Shown here: piece by piece, positions 19,873-29,176 of the stretch
How the letters are laid out: each line of letters begins with the position of its first letter
How positions within the stretch are numbered: the first letter of the stretch is position 1
Assembly: GCA_028281785.1 (NCBI GenBank)
Contig: JANQJG010000111.1
Span: forward strand, 4,601 to 68,600
Length of the DNA: 64,000 bases
Direction of reading: 5' to 3'
Origin: Rhodospirillales bacterium
Lineage (GTDB): Bacteria; Pseudomonadota; Alphaproteobacteria; Rhodospirillales; Shumkoniaceae
Notes under the pieces: model-generated
What the model was told of the DNA's origin: nothing
The model's database searches: none
The model's input: the letters and a program-made list of their open reading frames with translations, nothing else
Position numbers and translations under genes: made by a program

Positions 19873-21002
19873 CGCCTATCCTGGATTTCGGACGGAAGCG
19901 AGTTCATCTTGACCAGAAGGTAGTCGAGGTCGTCGGCCTCCAGCTTGACGCCCAAATTGTCGTACTGCGTCAGGATGCGTTCGATCATCCGCCGAGCGAA
20001 GCGAGCCCGATCGTCGTGTCGGCCGTCAAACGCGGTTTCACCAGCAACGTCCACAGCCGCGCGGATCGCTGGGAAGTACGACTCCGGCAAGCCTGACTTT
20101 TCGTAAATGGCCTTTAGTCCGAGCGTCCCTTGATCGTGTATCAGGGCTTGGGCATTGGCCATTGGAACGCCCGCAAGCTCAGCCATCGCCATCGCGAAGA
20201 ACTGGCTATCTCCCATGCACAAGGCACGCAATATGATGGATGGAGTGAGACGCCCTCGCGCGTTGAGTTGCCGGACCAGCGCCTCCAGACTTTGCTCGTC
20301 GCTCTCTCCCGACAGCGAGAGCACGGCGCGTTCACGCGTCTGCAAGATGATGTCCGTGAGCATGTCCGTCGACAACTCGAACCGCTTGGCGATCTCAGCC
20401 CTCATGTTCTCCGAGACAAGGGTGACCAAGTGCTCGGCAATTCCGATCGGTAAACCGGAACGACCCAGCATCGCGTTCTGGACGTCCTCCATGTGGCCCA
20501 GGGACTCGACGACTTGACCAAAGGACTTCTCGGAGATTTGTGCACCTTCGTTCAATACCAGGGCGACGACCGCTCTTTCGTTTTCCGTTGAGACAATCGC
20601 ATCCGAGACAACTTCAGAGACAGCACGCCGGCTTGAGATGGCCACCTGCTTATCAAGATCCTGCATGCCAATAATCTCGATCAAATCGGCATCCGTAAGC
20701 ACTTCCGATAGCTCAAGAACAGGCAGGGAAACGGAATGAACATCGCGCGCCAGGGCTACAGCGACGTCTCTGGGCAAGAGACTGTTTTCCTTCAGTTGGT
20801 CGCTCAAGGCCTGGCGAACCCGGATTTCGGCATCTCGTACAAGGAGGCGGAAGATATCCTCGGCGATTTTGCGCTCGGTTTCAGTGAATGCTCCTCTATC
20901 GAAGTCGGCAGCGATCCGAGCAGCCGTTTGCGCACGTGCATCCGCAGAACGAGTGGCAAGGAGCCGCTCTACGTCCTTGCTGGACAGCGAGTTTTTCGCC
21001 AT
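19869..21002 (-). CDS. DUF2336-like helical-repeat protein
   Basis: 377 aa and all-helical. Repeated L..LARD....V..PVL..S..L.D.DL..I-type segments resemble the alphaproteobacterial DUF2336 family. Function is unknown. Confidence 0.55.
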   Translation of the reverse strand: MAKNSLSSKDVERLLATRSADARAQTAARIAADFDRGAFTETERKIAEDIFRLLVRDAEIRVRQALSDQLKENSLLPRDVAVALARDVHSVSLPVLELSEVLTDADLIEIIGMQDLDKQVAISSRRAVSEVVSDAIVSTENERAVVALVLNEGAQISEKSFGQVVESLGHMEDVQNAMLGRSGLPIGIAEHLVTLVSENMRAEIAKRFELSTDMLTDIILQTRERAVLSLSGESDEQSLEALVRQLNARGRLTPSIILRALCMGDSQFFAMAMAELAGVPMANAQALIHDQGTLGLKAIYEKSGLPESYFPAIRAAVDVAGETAFDGRHDDRARFARRMIERILTQYDNLGVKLEADDLDYLLVKMNSLPSEIQDRR

Positions 21003-21332
21003 TTCTCTAAACCCCCATGACGAGTCTTACCCCGGGCAAGGCAAAGGCGGGCGACATACCACGGAAAATCTATCCCGTATAGCCGTTCGTGCCATTCACA
21101 TCCATTATCTGTAACTCGACCATGCCTGGAGTCATCAATTTATTGAATGACCGCATTGCCCCCTCCCGCGAAACACGAGTTCGTTATGGCGCTTGGAGCA
21201 TTTCTCGCTCTTATGACCAGCGTCGCCGGATGGTCAATCGCGACGGTGTGATGCGCCGGCGATACGCTTGTCGTTGCAAGAGAAGTTGATGCGGCCGATA
21301 ATGGCCGGAATGTCGGACCCAATAGGTGGAGC

Positions 21333-21758
21333 ATGAAAAAAACACGTACGCTGAGAATATTTGCAGTCGCTGCCTCCCTCGCGGCCGTTGGTCTTTTTAC
21401 CGCCGGTACAGCCGTGGCGGCTGGAGATGCAGCCGAAGGTGAAAAGGTATATAAGAAACGCTGTGTCGCCTGCCATACGCTTGAGGAGGGCAAAAACCGA
21501 GTCGGGCCTTCCTTGCATGGGATATTCGGCAGACAGGCGGGTTTGGCCCCGAAGTACAAGTATTCCAAGAGCTATGTATCGGCCGGTGAAAACGGGCTTG
21601 AATGGACTACCGAAACGCTTCTCGATTATCTCGCTGACCCGAAAAAGTATATGAGGGAAATCACCGGCAACAAAAAAGCCAAGTCAAAAATGACGTTTAA
21701 ATTGAAAAAGAAGGAAGACCGAGAGCACGTCGCGGCCTATTTGGAAAGCCTTCAGTGA
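21333..21758 (+). CDS. Class I c-type cytochrome (c2/c550-like) with signal peptide
   Basis: 141 aa. Signal sequence, heme motif CVACHTL, then GPSLHGIFGRQAG and a distal Met in KSKMTF. Mitochondrial-type fold signature. Confidence 0.88.
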   Translation: MKKTRTLRIFAVAASLAAVGLFTAGTAVAAGDAAEGEKVYKKRCVACHTLEEGKNRVGPSLHGIFGRQAGLAPKYKYSKSYVSAGENGLEWTTETLLDYLADPKKYMREITGNKKAKSKMTFKLKKKEDREHVAAYLESLQ

Positions 21759-21826
21759 AGATAGCTGCGGAGCATGCCGGCGGCCTCACCCCGGGGCCGC
21801 CGCTACCGTAGCCGATCAGCAAACAA

Positions 21827-22255
21827 TCATTTTCGAACAACCAAAACCGAGCATTTGGCATGCCGGACGACTCGGGCTGCGTTCGGCCCCAGCAGATAGT
21901 CCCTGAGTTCCGGACGGTGCGCGGCGAGAACGATAAGATCGATCTCGTTGCGCTTTGCGGTTCTTAAAATCTCCTCATAGATCGTGCCGTGCCGAATGTG
22001 GTGCAGAACGGACACTCCGGCTGGAACGTGTTTTTCCGAGAAGGCGTGCAGCTCCCTCTGCGCCTTCTCCAGGACTTGGTTTTCGTAGTCATTGGGGAAG
22101 AATTGGACGATTGTCGTCGTACCAAAATCCGGCACCACCGTTACCAGGTGAAGTGTCGCTTCGAACGCCTTGACGCATTCGACCGCCGTTGGCAAGGCCT
22201 TTGCCCAGGAGTTCTCGTCGTCAAGATCGACCGCGAGCAGGACATGGTTGTACAT
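21827..22255 (-). CDS. Universal stress protein (UspA family)
   Basis: MYNHVLLAVDLDD at the N-terminus and GPNAARVVRHAKCSVLVVR at the C-terminus. ATG at 22255 is preceded by GAGGAAA. The ORF-track N-terminal extension overlaps the permease gene and was rejected. Confidence 0.85.
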   Translation of the reverse strand: MYNHVLLAVDLDDENSWAKALPTAVECVKAFEATLHLVTVVPDFGTTTIVQFFPNDYENQVLEKAQRELHAFSEKHVPAGVSVLHHIRHGTIYEEILRTAKRNEIDLIVLAAHRPELRDYLLGPNAARVVRHAKCSVLVVRK

Positions 22256-22272
22256 GGCATTTCCTCGCGTAC

Positions 22273-24693
22273 TTAAGAGGCCGACGGCGCCGCGCTGCCC
22301 ATCCCCTCGCGGCGGCTGCGCATCCATTGCGACAAAACAACCAGCAGCAAAAAGAAGAGCGCGATAGGATAGACGAACTCCTTGGCCGGACGGTCGAGCT
22401 GCTTGATCTCGATCTCGGTCACCGTGTCGTTGTAAGCCTCGAATCCGAGCTGTTCGGCTTTTCCGTTGAAGACGGTCTCGACCACGAGGAACTCGCCGTC
22501 GCCCTGGTCCTCAAGCGTGAACTGCAGCAGTTCTCCGATCGATTGCGGTGGCGCGTCATCGGTCTCAAAGCTGTAAAGCCGATAACGGTCGCCATAGTCG
22601 GTCGAATGGACCAAGCTGATGCGCATCTGCCGGTTGGCGGGAATCTCCACATCTCCGGCCACGAAGTCGGCGATGGGATAAGGCTGGAACTCGGGATAGA
22701 CTTGGTTCAAGGCGGCATCGGGCCGCAACAGGGCGGCCGCAGCGACGATGAAGATGGCGCTTTCCCAGATCTTGTTCTTCACCAGCATCCAGTTCAGGGT
22801 AAAGGAGGTGAAGGCCAGAATGGCAATCAGCGACATGCAGAAGACCAGGATGCCGTGCCACCAGCTATCAACCCCGATCAACAACAATTCGGTGTTGAAG
22901 ATGAAGACGAACGGCAGAATCGCCGTGCGGATATGGTAGGTGAAGGCCTGGATACCCGTGCGCACGGGATCGGCACGCGAGATCGCAGAAGCCGCAAAGG
23001 CAGCCAGCGCAACGGGTGGCGTCACATCCGCCATCAGACCGAAATAGAACACGAACAGATGGATGGCGATTAGCGGTAGAACCAAGCCCGATGCTGTCCC
23101 CAGCTCGAACAGCACGCCCGCCATCAAGGACGCAACCACCAGATAGTTGGCGGTGGTCGGCAGGCCCATGCCGAGGAGGATGCAAAGAAAGGCCGTCAGC
23201 ACCAGCAGGATGTAGACGTTACCGCCGGCTATCGATTCGACAATCTCGATCAAAGCGTTGCTGAGACCGGTCGACGCCACGGCGCCGACGATGATGCCGG
23301 CCGTGGCGACCGCCACAGCGATGGAGATCATGTTCCTGGCGCCGCCAATCAGACCGTCAACGATCTCCTTGACCGCGGACGCGGCTCCGGCAGCGGCCGA
23401 CTCTTCACCGGTACGAATGGCGTGCAAAACATGCTGCACGACGATGATCGCCATCAGAATCAGGATGGAGTAGAAGACCGCGCTTTCCGGCGACCATTTC
23501 TCGACCATCAGCAGATAAATCAGCACTACGACCGGCACCAGGAAATGGACCCCGCTCAGGAAGGTCTTGAGCAAGGGCGGGATATCGCTCTTGGGCAGGC
23601 CCGTAAGGCCCAGCTTCAGGGCCTCCAGATGCGAGATGTAGAGCAACGCCAGATAGGAGATGAAGGCCGGAATGAAGGCCGCGACGATGACCTCGTAATA
23701 GGTAATGCCCAGAAGCTCGGCCATCACGAAGGCGGCGGCGCCCATGATCGGCGGCATGATCTGGCCGTTGACCGAGGCCGCCACCTCGATAGCGCCGGCC
23801 TTCACCGCCGGCATGCCAATGCTGCGCATAACCGGGATGGTGAAGGTGCCGGTGGTCACGGTATTGGCGATGGACGAGCCCGAGATCAAGCCGGTCATGC
23901 CCGAGGCCAGGATGGCCGCCTTGGCAGGACCACCGCGGTACTGCCCCACCGCCGCGAATGCCAGATCGAGGAAGTACCGGCCGGCCCCCGCCTTGTCGAG
24001 CATGGCCCCGAACAGCACGAACAGAAACACAAAGTCCACGGATACGTCGATGGGGATGCCGAAGATCGCCTCGCCGCCGAACCACTGGTAACCGATCATG
24101 CGCGTCAGCGACATGCCACGGTGCGAGATGATATCCGGCATCAACTGGCCGAACAGGGAATACAGGAGAAAAAACGACGCCAAGATCACCAGCGGAATGC
24201 CGATGCCCCGCCGCGTCGCCTCCAACAGGAGCAGGATGCCGATGCCGCCGATGATCTGCTCGAACGGTAGAGTGAAACCCAGCCCGAGGAAGTCCTCGAA
24301 TTCGAGCAGGATCCCGGCACGTTGCGACAGGCCCTCATAGGCGAGCCAGATGTAAGCAGCACAAAAGCACCCCAGAAGAGCGAAGCCGATGTCGTATAAC
24401 GGGACGCGCGACGTGTCGGTACGCCGAGAAAACGGGAAGATGAGGTAGCAAAGCAGAAGACCGAAAGCGAGGTGAATCCCGCGCGCCGGAACGTCGACGA
24501 TGATGCCGAAACCGAACCAGAACGGCAGCGGTGAGGCGATCCAGAGCTGGAAAAGCGACCACAGGGTCGCGATGGTTCCAACCACCCATACCATGCGGGG
24601 CGAGAGCTTGCGCCCCGCGTATTCGATCTCCTCCAGTTCTTTCTGAAGGTCCTCGGGCGCCACTTCGGGCACCGCGTTCGCCGTTTCGGCCAT
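22273..24693 (-). CDS. TRAP transporter fused 4TM/12TM permease (TAXI-associated), with C-terminal extra domain
   Basis: 806 aa and highly hydrophobic. The DctQ-like and DctM-like halves are fused. It has a ~150-aa soluble C-terminal tail, as in DUF3394-bearing TAXI permeases. It lies directly downstream of the TAXI receptor gene. Confidence 0.85.
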   Translation of the reverse strand: MAETANAVPEVAPEDLQKELEEIEYAGRKLSPRMVWVVGTIATLWSLFQLWIASPLPFWFGFGIIVDVPARGIHLAFGLLLCYLIFPFSRRTDTSRVPLYDIGFALLGCFCAAYIWLAYEGLSQRAGILLEFEDFLGLGFTLPFEQIIGGIGILLLLEATRRGIGIPLVILASFFLLYSLFGQLMPDIISHRGMSLTRMIGYQWFGGEAIFGIPIDVSVDFVFLFVLFGAMLDKAGAGRYFLDLAFAAVGQYRGGPAKAAILASGMTGLISGSSIANTVTTGTFTIPVMRSIGMPAVKAGAIEVAASVNGQIMPPIMGAAAFVMAELLGITYYEVIVAAFIPAFISYLALLYISHLEALKLGLTGLPKSDIPPLLKTFLSGVHFLVPVVVLIYLLMVEKWSPESAVFYSILILMAIIVVQHVLHAIRTGEESAAAGAASAVKEIVDGLIGGARNMISIAVAVATAGIIVGAVASTGLSNALIEIVESIAGGNVYILLVLTAFLCILLGMGLPTTANYLVVASLMAGVLFELGTASGLVLPLIAIHLFVFYFGLMADVTPPVALAAFAASAISRADPVRTGIQAFTYHIRTAILPFVFIFNTELLLIGVDSWWHGILVFCMSLIAILAFTSFTLNWMLVKNKIWESAIFIVAAAALLRPDAALNQVYPEFQPYPIADFVAGDVEIPANRQMRISLVHSTDYGDRYRLYSFETDDAPPQSIGELLQFTLEDQGDGEFLVVETVFNGKAEQLGFEAYNDTVTEIEIKQLDRPAKEFVYPIALFFLLLVVLSQWMRSRREGMGSAAPSAS

Positions 24694-24763
24694 TGCCGCC
24701 CCCCAAAGCCTCGAGACCTGCAGCGGCGGAAACCGTCTCCCAAAACCTCCGCCGTTAATCGAA

Positions 24764-24795
24764 TTCGGCGCCTCCCGAAGACGGGAGGCGCCGAA
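24764..24795 (-). terminator. Intercistronic 14-bp GC-rich hairpin between TAXI receptor and permease genes (attenuator / mRNA stabiliser)
   Basis: TTCGGCGCCTCCCG (24764-24777), AAGA, CGGGAGGCGCCGAA (24782-24795). The stem is perfect. It lies 19 nt past the receptor stop codon. No strong U-tract follows. Confidence 0.45.
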
Positions 24796-24813
24796 CCGAT
24801 AGTCGTAGCCGGA

Positions 24814-25815
24814 TTACATCCAGCCTTGTTCCTTGTAGAACTTTTCCGCGCCCGGATGCAGCGGCGCCGTAAGGCCGTCCTGGATCATTTCTTCCGGCTT
24901 CAGATTGGCAAAGGCCGGATGCAGCTTCCGGAAGTCGTCCAGGTTCTCGAAAACCGCCCGGACCACTTCATAGACGAGATCATCGGAAACATCGGCGCTA
25001 GTCACGAATGTCGCCTTCACGCCGAAGGTCGTGACGTCGGCGGTTGAGGTCTTGTACGTGCCCTTCGGGATCGTCGAGAAAGCATAGTAGGGGAACTTCT
25101 CGACCAGGCCTTCCTCGACGGAGGTGTTCAGGTTGACGATCTCAGCGTCGCAGCCGTCGGTGGCCACGGCCACGCCGGAGTTCGGCACGCCGACCGTGTA
25201 GCCGATAGCGTCGATCTTGCCATCGCACAGCGCCTTGGCCTGCTCGGTCGAGGTCAGCTCGGTGGCGAGGGCAAAGTCCGACGTGCTCAAGCCATGAGCT
25301 TCCATCAGCACCTCGGTGGTGCCCCGCTGGCCGGATCCGGGGTTGCCGATATTCACGCGCTTGCCCTTCAAATCCTTGAAGGACTGGATGCCCGAGCCCT
25401 GGGCAACGATCAGCTGATACGGCTCGGGATGAACCGAGAACACCGCACGCAGCTTACTGTAAGGGACCACCTTGTCGGGATTGGATTCGTTGTGGGCATG
25501 GTACTGCCAGTCGGACTGGGCCACCCCGAACTCAAGCTCGCCCTCCTTGATCTGGCCGATGTTATAGGTCGAGCCGCCCGAAGACGGCGCCGCGCAGCGG
25601 ATGCCGTGCTTGCGACCCGCCTTGCGACCTTCCGCAGCTTCCTTGTGGATCATGCGGCAGATGGCGTTACCTGTAACGAAATAGACACCGGTGGGGCCAC
25701 CGGTACCGATTGCGATGAACTGCTTCTTCTGTGCTTCGGCGGGTTGCGTCGTGGCCGTCAGGATCGCCCCCGTCGCGATCGCCAGGGCCAGTGTGGCAAC
25801 AGACAGACTTTTCAT
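24814..25815 (-). CDS. TAXI-family TRAP transporter solute receptor
   Basis: A signal peptide followed by FIAIGTGGPTGVYFVTGNAICR, and a C-terminal HPGAEKFYKEQGW. ATG at 25815 is preceded by GGGAGG. Confidence 0.88.
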   Translation of the reverse strand: MKSLSVATLALAIATGAILTATTQPAEAQKKQFIAIGTGGPTGVYFVTGNAICRMIHKEAAEGRKAGRKHGIRCAAPSSGGSTYNIGQIKEGELEFGVAQSDWQYHAHNESNPDKVVPYSKLRAVFSVHPEPYQLIVAQGSGIQSFKDLKGKRVNIGNPGSGQRGTTEVLMEAHGLSTSDFALATELTSTEQAKALCDGKIDAIGYTVGVPNSGVAVATDGCDAEIVNLNTSVEEGLVEKFPYYAFSTIPKGTYKTSTADVTTFGVKATFVTSADVSDDLVYEVVRAVFENLDDFRKLHPAFANLKPEEMIQDGLTAPLHPGAEKFYKEQGWM

Positions 25816-26253
25816 GTCTACATGCCTCCCTTGTTGATAAGCCAAGACTTCTTGCGTTGACGCTTTTGTCGCCGCCCGGGGCGACGGTAACCGTATGAGT
25901 CTCATGTAGCAGACCCATTACCTACGAAAATCCCGCTCAAGACGCCCAGAGTCAAGCAGAGTCCGAACTAAGCCACCATTTCATTGGGGTTATTTTCAGC
26001 CTTCGAGACGGAAAATAAAGCACCGGAATGGCGAATTCCGGCCAATTGCCACCCGGGATAACCCAGAATTTTTGTTTGTTTCCTGGCTGAGGAGGTCGAT
26101 GATTCCACTCAATCCGTGAAGGTACGAATCAAAGTCTCGGCATTTCATTGCCGCGGCATCTGGTATACAAAACCACCGCTGCGGCGGGCCTGCCGCAATC
26201 GCATGGACCGATCGAAATGCTAAGCTGTTGAACCACGGGGGATTTCAGCCGCC

Positions 26254-26769
26254 ATGGACTTGAAAGACCATATCGCCTCGATACCGGATTTTCCCAAGCC
26301 AGGCATTCTGTTCTATGACATTTCCCCCCTGCTGGCGCATCCTGACGCCTGGAGCGTGGCCATGGGGCGCCTGGCCAAGGCCGTCGGCCGTCACTCCCCG
26401 GACATTCTAGCCGGAATCGAGTCACGCGGATTCCTGGTTGCCGCGCCGCTGGCGCTGAAGCTTGGTTGCGGCTTCATCATGGTGCGCAAGAAAGGAAAGC
26501 TGCCGGGCAAGACGATCCCCCACGAATACGCACTCGAATACGGCACGGACACCATCGAAATTCAAGCCGAAGCCATCAAGCCCGGGCAACGGGTTGTGCT
26601 TCTCGACGATCTCCTGGCTACTGGCGGCACATTGGCCGCGTCCGTCGCCCTTTTCCGCAAGGTGGGAGCCGATGTCATGGGTGCCGCCTGCATCATCGAG
26701 CTCTCCTTCCTCGACGGCCGATCGAAACTGGATATTCCGATCACCGCCCTAATGACCTACGACCAGTGA
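26254..26769 (+). CDS. apt: Adenine phosphoribosyltransferase
   Basis: 171 aa. [18 protein letters not shown] and the PRPP loop [13 protein letters not shown]. Confidence 0.93.
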   Translation: MDLKDHIASIPDFPKPGILFYDISPLLAHPDAWSVAMGRLAKAVGRHSPDILAGIESRGFLVAAPLALKLGCGFIMVRKKGKLPGKTIPHEYALEYGTDTIEIQAEAIKPGQRVVLLDDLLATGGTLAASVALFRKVGADVMGAACIIELSFLDGRSKLDIPITALMTYDQ

Positions 26770-27856
26770 CAGCCAAACGCCGTCCCGTAAGCTCTAACAC
26801 GGCCTCGTTCACGATCTTCCACATCACTGTCGGCAACGCCTGATCCCCGAAGCGACCTATCTGGCACCAGGCACCGTTGAGTTCACGGTGTCCATCGATC
26901 TCGCCTGCGAGGATCCCCAGCTCCAGATGAAAATGGGTAAAGGTATGGTGGATGACCGCCCTCAACGGTCGCCACTCGGTGCGCACCGGAGCCTCAAAGC
27001 CCGCCTCTTTCCAAGTCCAGGGGGCGTCCCTCCACTCCGTCGACGGGACCTCCATCATTCCGCCGAGAAGTCCGCGCGGCGGGCGCCGGCGAAGAAGAAC
27101 CTCCCCCCGTCCATTCCTGAGCCAGAAAGCCACGCCATAGCGTACCGGCCTCGACCGGCGCGGGGCCTTGCGCGGAAAAAGCCCGGGGCTCCCCATCGAC
27201 CATGCCGCGCAATTACCGGAGAGCGGGCAGCTCGCGCAATCGGGCTGCCGGGGGGTGCATACGGTCGCACCAAGGTCCATGACGGCCTGCCAGAAATCAC
27301 CGGGCCGATCCGACGGGGTCAGATCGGCTGCAATCCGACGTATGTTCTTCTTGGCGGCCGGCAACGCCTCGGCTATCGCGAACAGTCGGGCGATGACGCG
27401 CTCCACATTTCCATCCACGGGCGCGGCGCGGCGGCCGAAAGCGATCGCGGCAATCGCCGCCGCCGTGTACGGACCCACTCCGGGTAGTTCCAGGAGCTCC
27501 GATTCGGTCGTCGGGAACCGGCCCGCATGGTCCCCGGCGACCTGTTTTGCACAGGCATGGAGATTGCGGGCCCGGGCGTAGTAGCCAAGCCCCTGCCAAG
27601 CATGCAGAACCTCGTCGAGTTCGGCCTCAGCCAACGCCTCCACCGTCGGCCAGCGCTCCAGGAATGACAGGTAGTAGGGAATGACCGTCGCCACGGTCGT
27701 CTGCTGGAGCATGATCTCGCTCAGCCAGACCCGGTAAGGGTCCGAGACCTTCCCCGGCGGTGCTCGCCAAGGCAGATCCCGCCTGTTCCCTCGGTACCAG
27801 GAAAGCAGTCTCCGAGATACCCTACCGTGGAGTGCGTTTTCGAGGGATTCGGGCAT
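26741..27856 (-). CDS. mutY: A/G-specific adenine DNA glycosylase
   Basis: [40 protein letters not shown], the 4Fe-4S cysteines (C..C..C..C: [17 protein letters not shown]) and a NUDIX-like C-terminal domain. ATG at 27856 (or 27907) is preferred. The 588-aa ORF-track version is an artefactual extension over the divergent gene. Confidence 0.9.
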   Translation of the reverse strand: MPESLENALHGRVSRRLLSWYRGNRRDLPWRAPPGKVSDPYRVWLSEIMLQQTTVATVIPYYLSFLERWPTVEALAEAELDEVLHAWQGLGYYARARNLHACAKQVAGDHAGRFPTTESELLELPGVGPYTAAAIAAIAFGRRAAPVDGNVERVIARLFAIAEALPAAKKNIRRIAADLTPSDRPGDFWQAVMDLGATVCTPRQPDCASCPLSGNCAAWSMGSPGLFPRKAPRRSRPVRYGVAFWLRNGRGEVLLRRRPPRGLLGGMMEVPSTEWRDAPWTWKEAGFEAPVRTEWRPLRAVIHHTFTHFHLELGILAGEIDGHRELNGAWCQIGRFGDQALPTVMWKIVNEAVLELTGRRLAVTGRRSLGR

Positions 27857-27949
27857 GACGTCCAAGGTGAGCGCCCCATTGCTCGTTTTTACCGTGCGGC
27901 ATACCATATGGTGGAGATGAAACGGGCCCCAATCAAAATCGACTAGCCG

Positions 27950-28435
27950 ATGGCAAGAAACCTCCGAGGCGGAAATGCGCGGGCGATCGCTAAAGTTGTC
28001 GATCGGCTGACCCGACCCGCCTTCGCGAAACGCGGTATGGCGGACGGGGCCCTTGTGCGGGACTGGCCGGAGATCGTGGGCCCCGTTCTGTCCTCTCAGA
28101 GCGCTCCGGTGCGTGTGGCCTACCGCGCCCGGGAGCGGCGCGAGGGGACGTTGCTCCTTCGGGTCGTCAACGGTAGCTTGGCTGCCGAGCTTCAGCATTT
28201 GGAACCGCTGGTCGTGGAACGTGTCAACGGATACTTCGGTTATCGGGCGGTGGCACGTCTTCGCCTCCTCCAAGGCCCGCTGGAGCCGCGTGAAGCCAGG
28301 ATGGAGGAGGAGCAGCAGTCTCCCGATCCGGTCGTCGAGAACGAGCTGAGGAGCCAGCTCGGCACAATCGAGAACGCCGAGCTGCGTGACGCGCTGCATG
28401 CGCTTGGACGCCGTGTTCGCGTCCGGCGGTCTTAG
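27950..28435 (+). CDS. dciA: DUF721 / DciA-like protein (putative replicative helicase operator)
   Basis: 161 aa. WPEIVGPVLSSQSAPVRV...GTLLLRVVNGSLAAELQHLEPLVVERVNGYFG is the DUF721 core. Confidence 0.7.
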   Translation: MARNLRGGNARAIAKVVDRLTRPAFAKRGMADGALVRDWPEIVGPVLSSQSAPVRVAYRARERREGTLLLRVVNGSLAAELQHLEPLVVERVNGYFGYRAVARLRLLQGPLEPREARMEEEQQSPDPVVENELRSQLGTIENAELRDALHALGRRVRVRRS

Positions 28436-28545
28436 AACCTGTTTGAGGAGTCCCATGGAGGTTCTTAGGGGTAATCCCCTATGAAAGGGCGCTTGTCGGC
28501 GCGGCACGCGATGATTATAGTCGCCAACATGTTGGGCATGGGAGC

Positions 28546-29157
28546 GTGGCTTTGAGACGATCTCTACTAGGTTTTGTGTTTATTGCGGCGGTTGCTCTGG
28601 TGTCTCCTGGCCGCGCAGCGTCCCTCAACGAAATTCTGCCCGAAAAATCGATCGGGGATGCCGAGGCGCCGGTTACGATCGTGGAGCACTCGTCCCTGAC
28701 ATGCGGTCACTGCGCGTCTTTCCACAGAGACACGCTGCCACAGATCAAGGAGACCTATGTCGACACCGGCAAGGTTCGCCTCGTTTATCGCGATTTTCCG
28801 ATCGGACAACTGGCCCTTCTGGCGGCGATGTTGCCCCATTGCGCGGGCGAAGACCGGTATTTCGGGTTCCTCGAAGTTCTGTTCAGGAGCCAGGATGCCT
28901 GGGCGCGGAGCCAAAATCCGCTCGCCGAGCTTGAACGGGTCGCGCAGCAGGGAGGCATGTCCAAAAAGGATTTCGAGAGTTGCCTCAACAACGAGGAACT
29001 CTACCAGGCAATCCGGGAACGCGCTGGGGACGACGAAGTCAGGTACGGAGTTCGGGCAACACCGACCTTCCGCGTCAACGGCGAGAAGATCACCGGTTCT
29101 TTGCCATTCGAAGAGTTTCAGGAAGCCATTGAAGGCGCTCTCGGGAGCGCGCGTTAG
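28546..29157 (+). CDS. DsbA-family thiol:disulfide oxidoreductase
   Basis: Signal peptide, CGHC active site (SLTCGHCASFH) and a thioredoxin-fold C-terminal half (GVRATPTFRVNG). Confidence 0.85.
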   Translation: MALRRSLLGFVFIAAVALVSPGRAASLNEILPEKSIGDAEAPVTIVEHSSLTCGHCASFHRDTLPQIKETYVDTGKVRLVYRDFPIGQLALLAAMLPHCAGEDRYFGFLEVLFRSQDAWARSQNPLAELERVAQQGGMSKKDFESCLNNEELYQAIRERAGDDEVRYGVRATPTFRVNGEKITGSLPFEEFQEAIEGALGSAR

Positions 29158-29176
29158 ATCCGGGTAGAGACATTCG

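Noticed and set aside
21131-21151. The quasi-palindrome GTCATCAATTTATTGAATGAC about 180 bp upstream of the cytochrome c gene, considered as an FNR/CRP-type site.
   Set aside because: The half-sites are in the wrong arrangement (ATCAA..TTGA, not TTGAT-N4-ATCAA), the dyad is offset by one base, and it is far from the start codon. This is too weak to call.
21778-21802. An 8-bp GC hairpin (CGGCGGCC..GGCCGCCG) between the convergent cytochrome c and usp genes, considered as a bidirectional terminator.
   Set aside because: The stem is short and has no flanking T- or A-tracts on either strand. Such GC palindromes are frequent in this composition.
27857-28507. The N-terminal 217 residues of the 588-aa ORF-track version of mutY.
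   Set aside because: MutY homology begins at [21 protein letters not shown]. The extension has no motif, is Arg/Pro-rich, and runs antisense across the well-formed DUF721/DciA gene.
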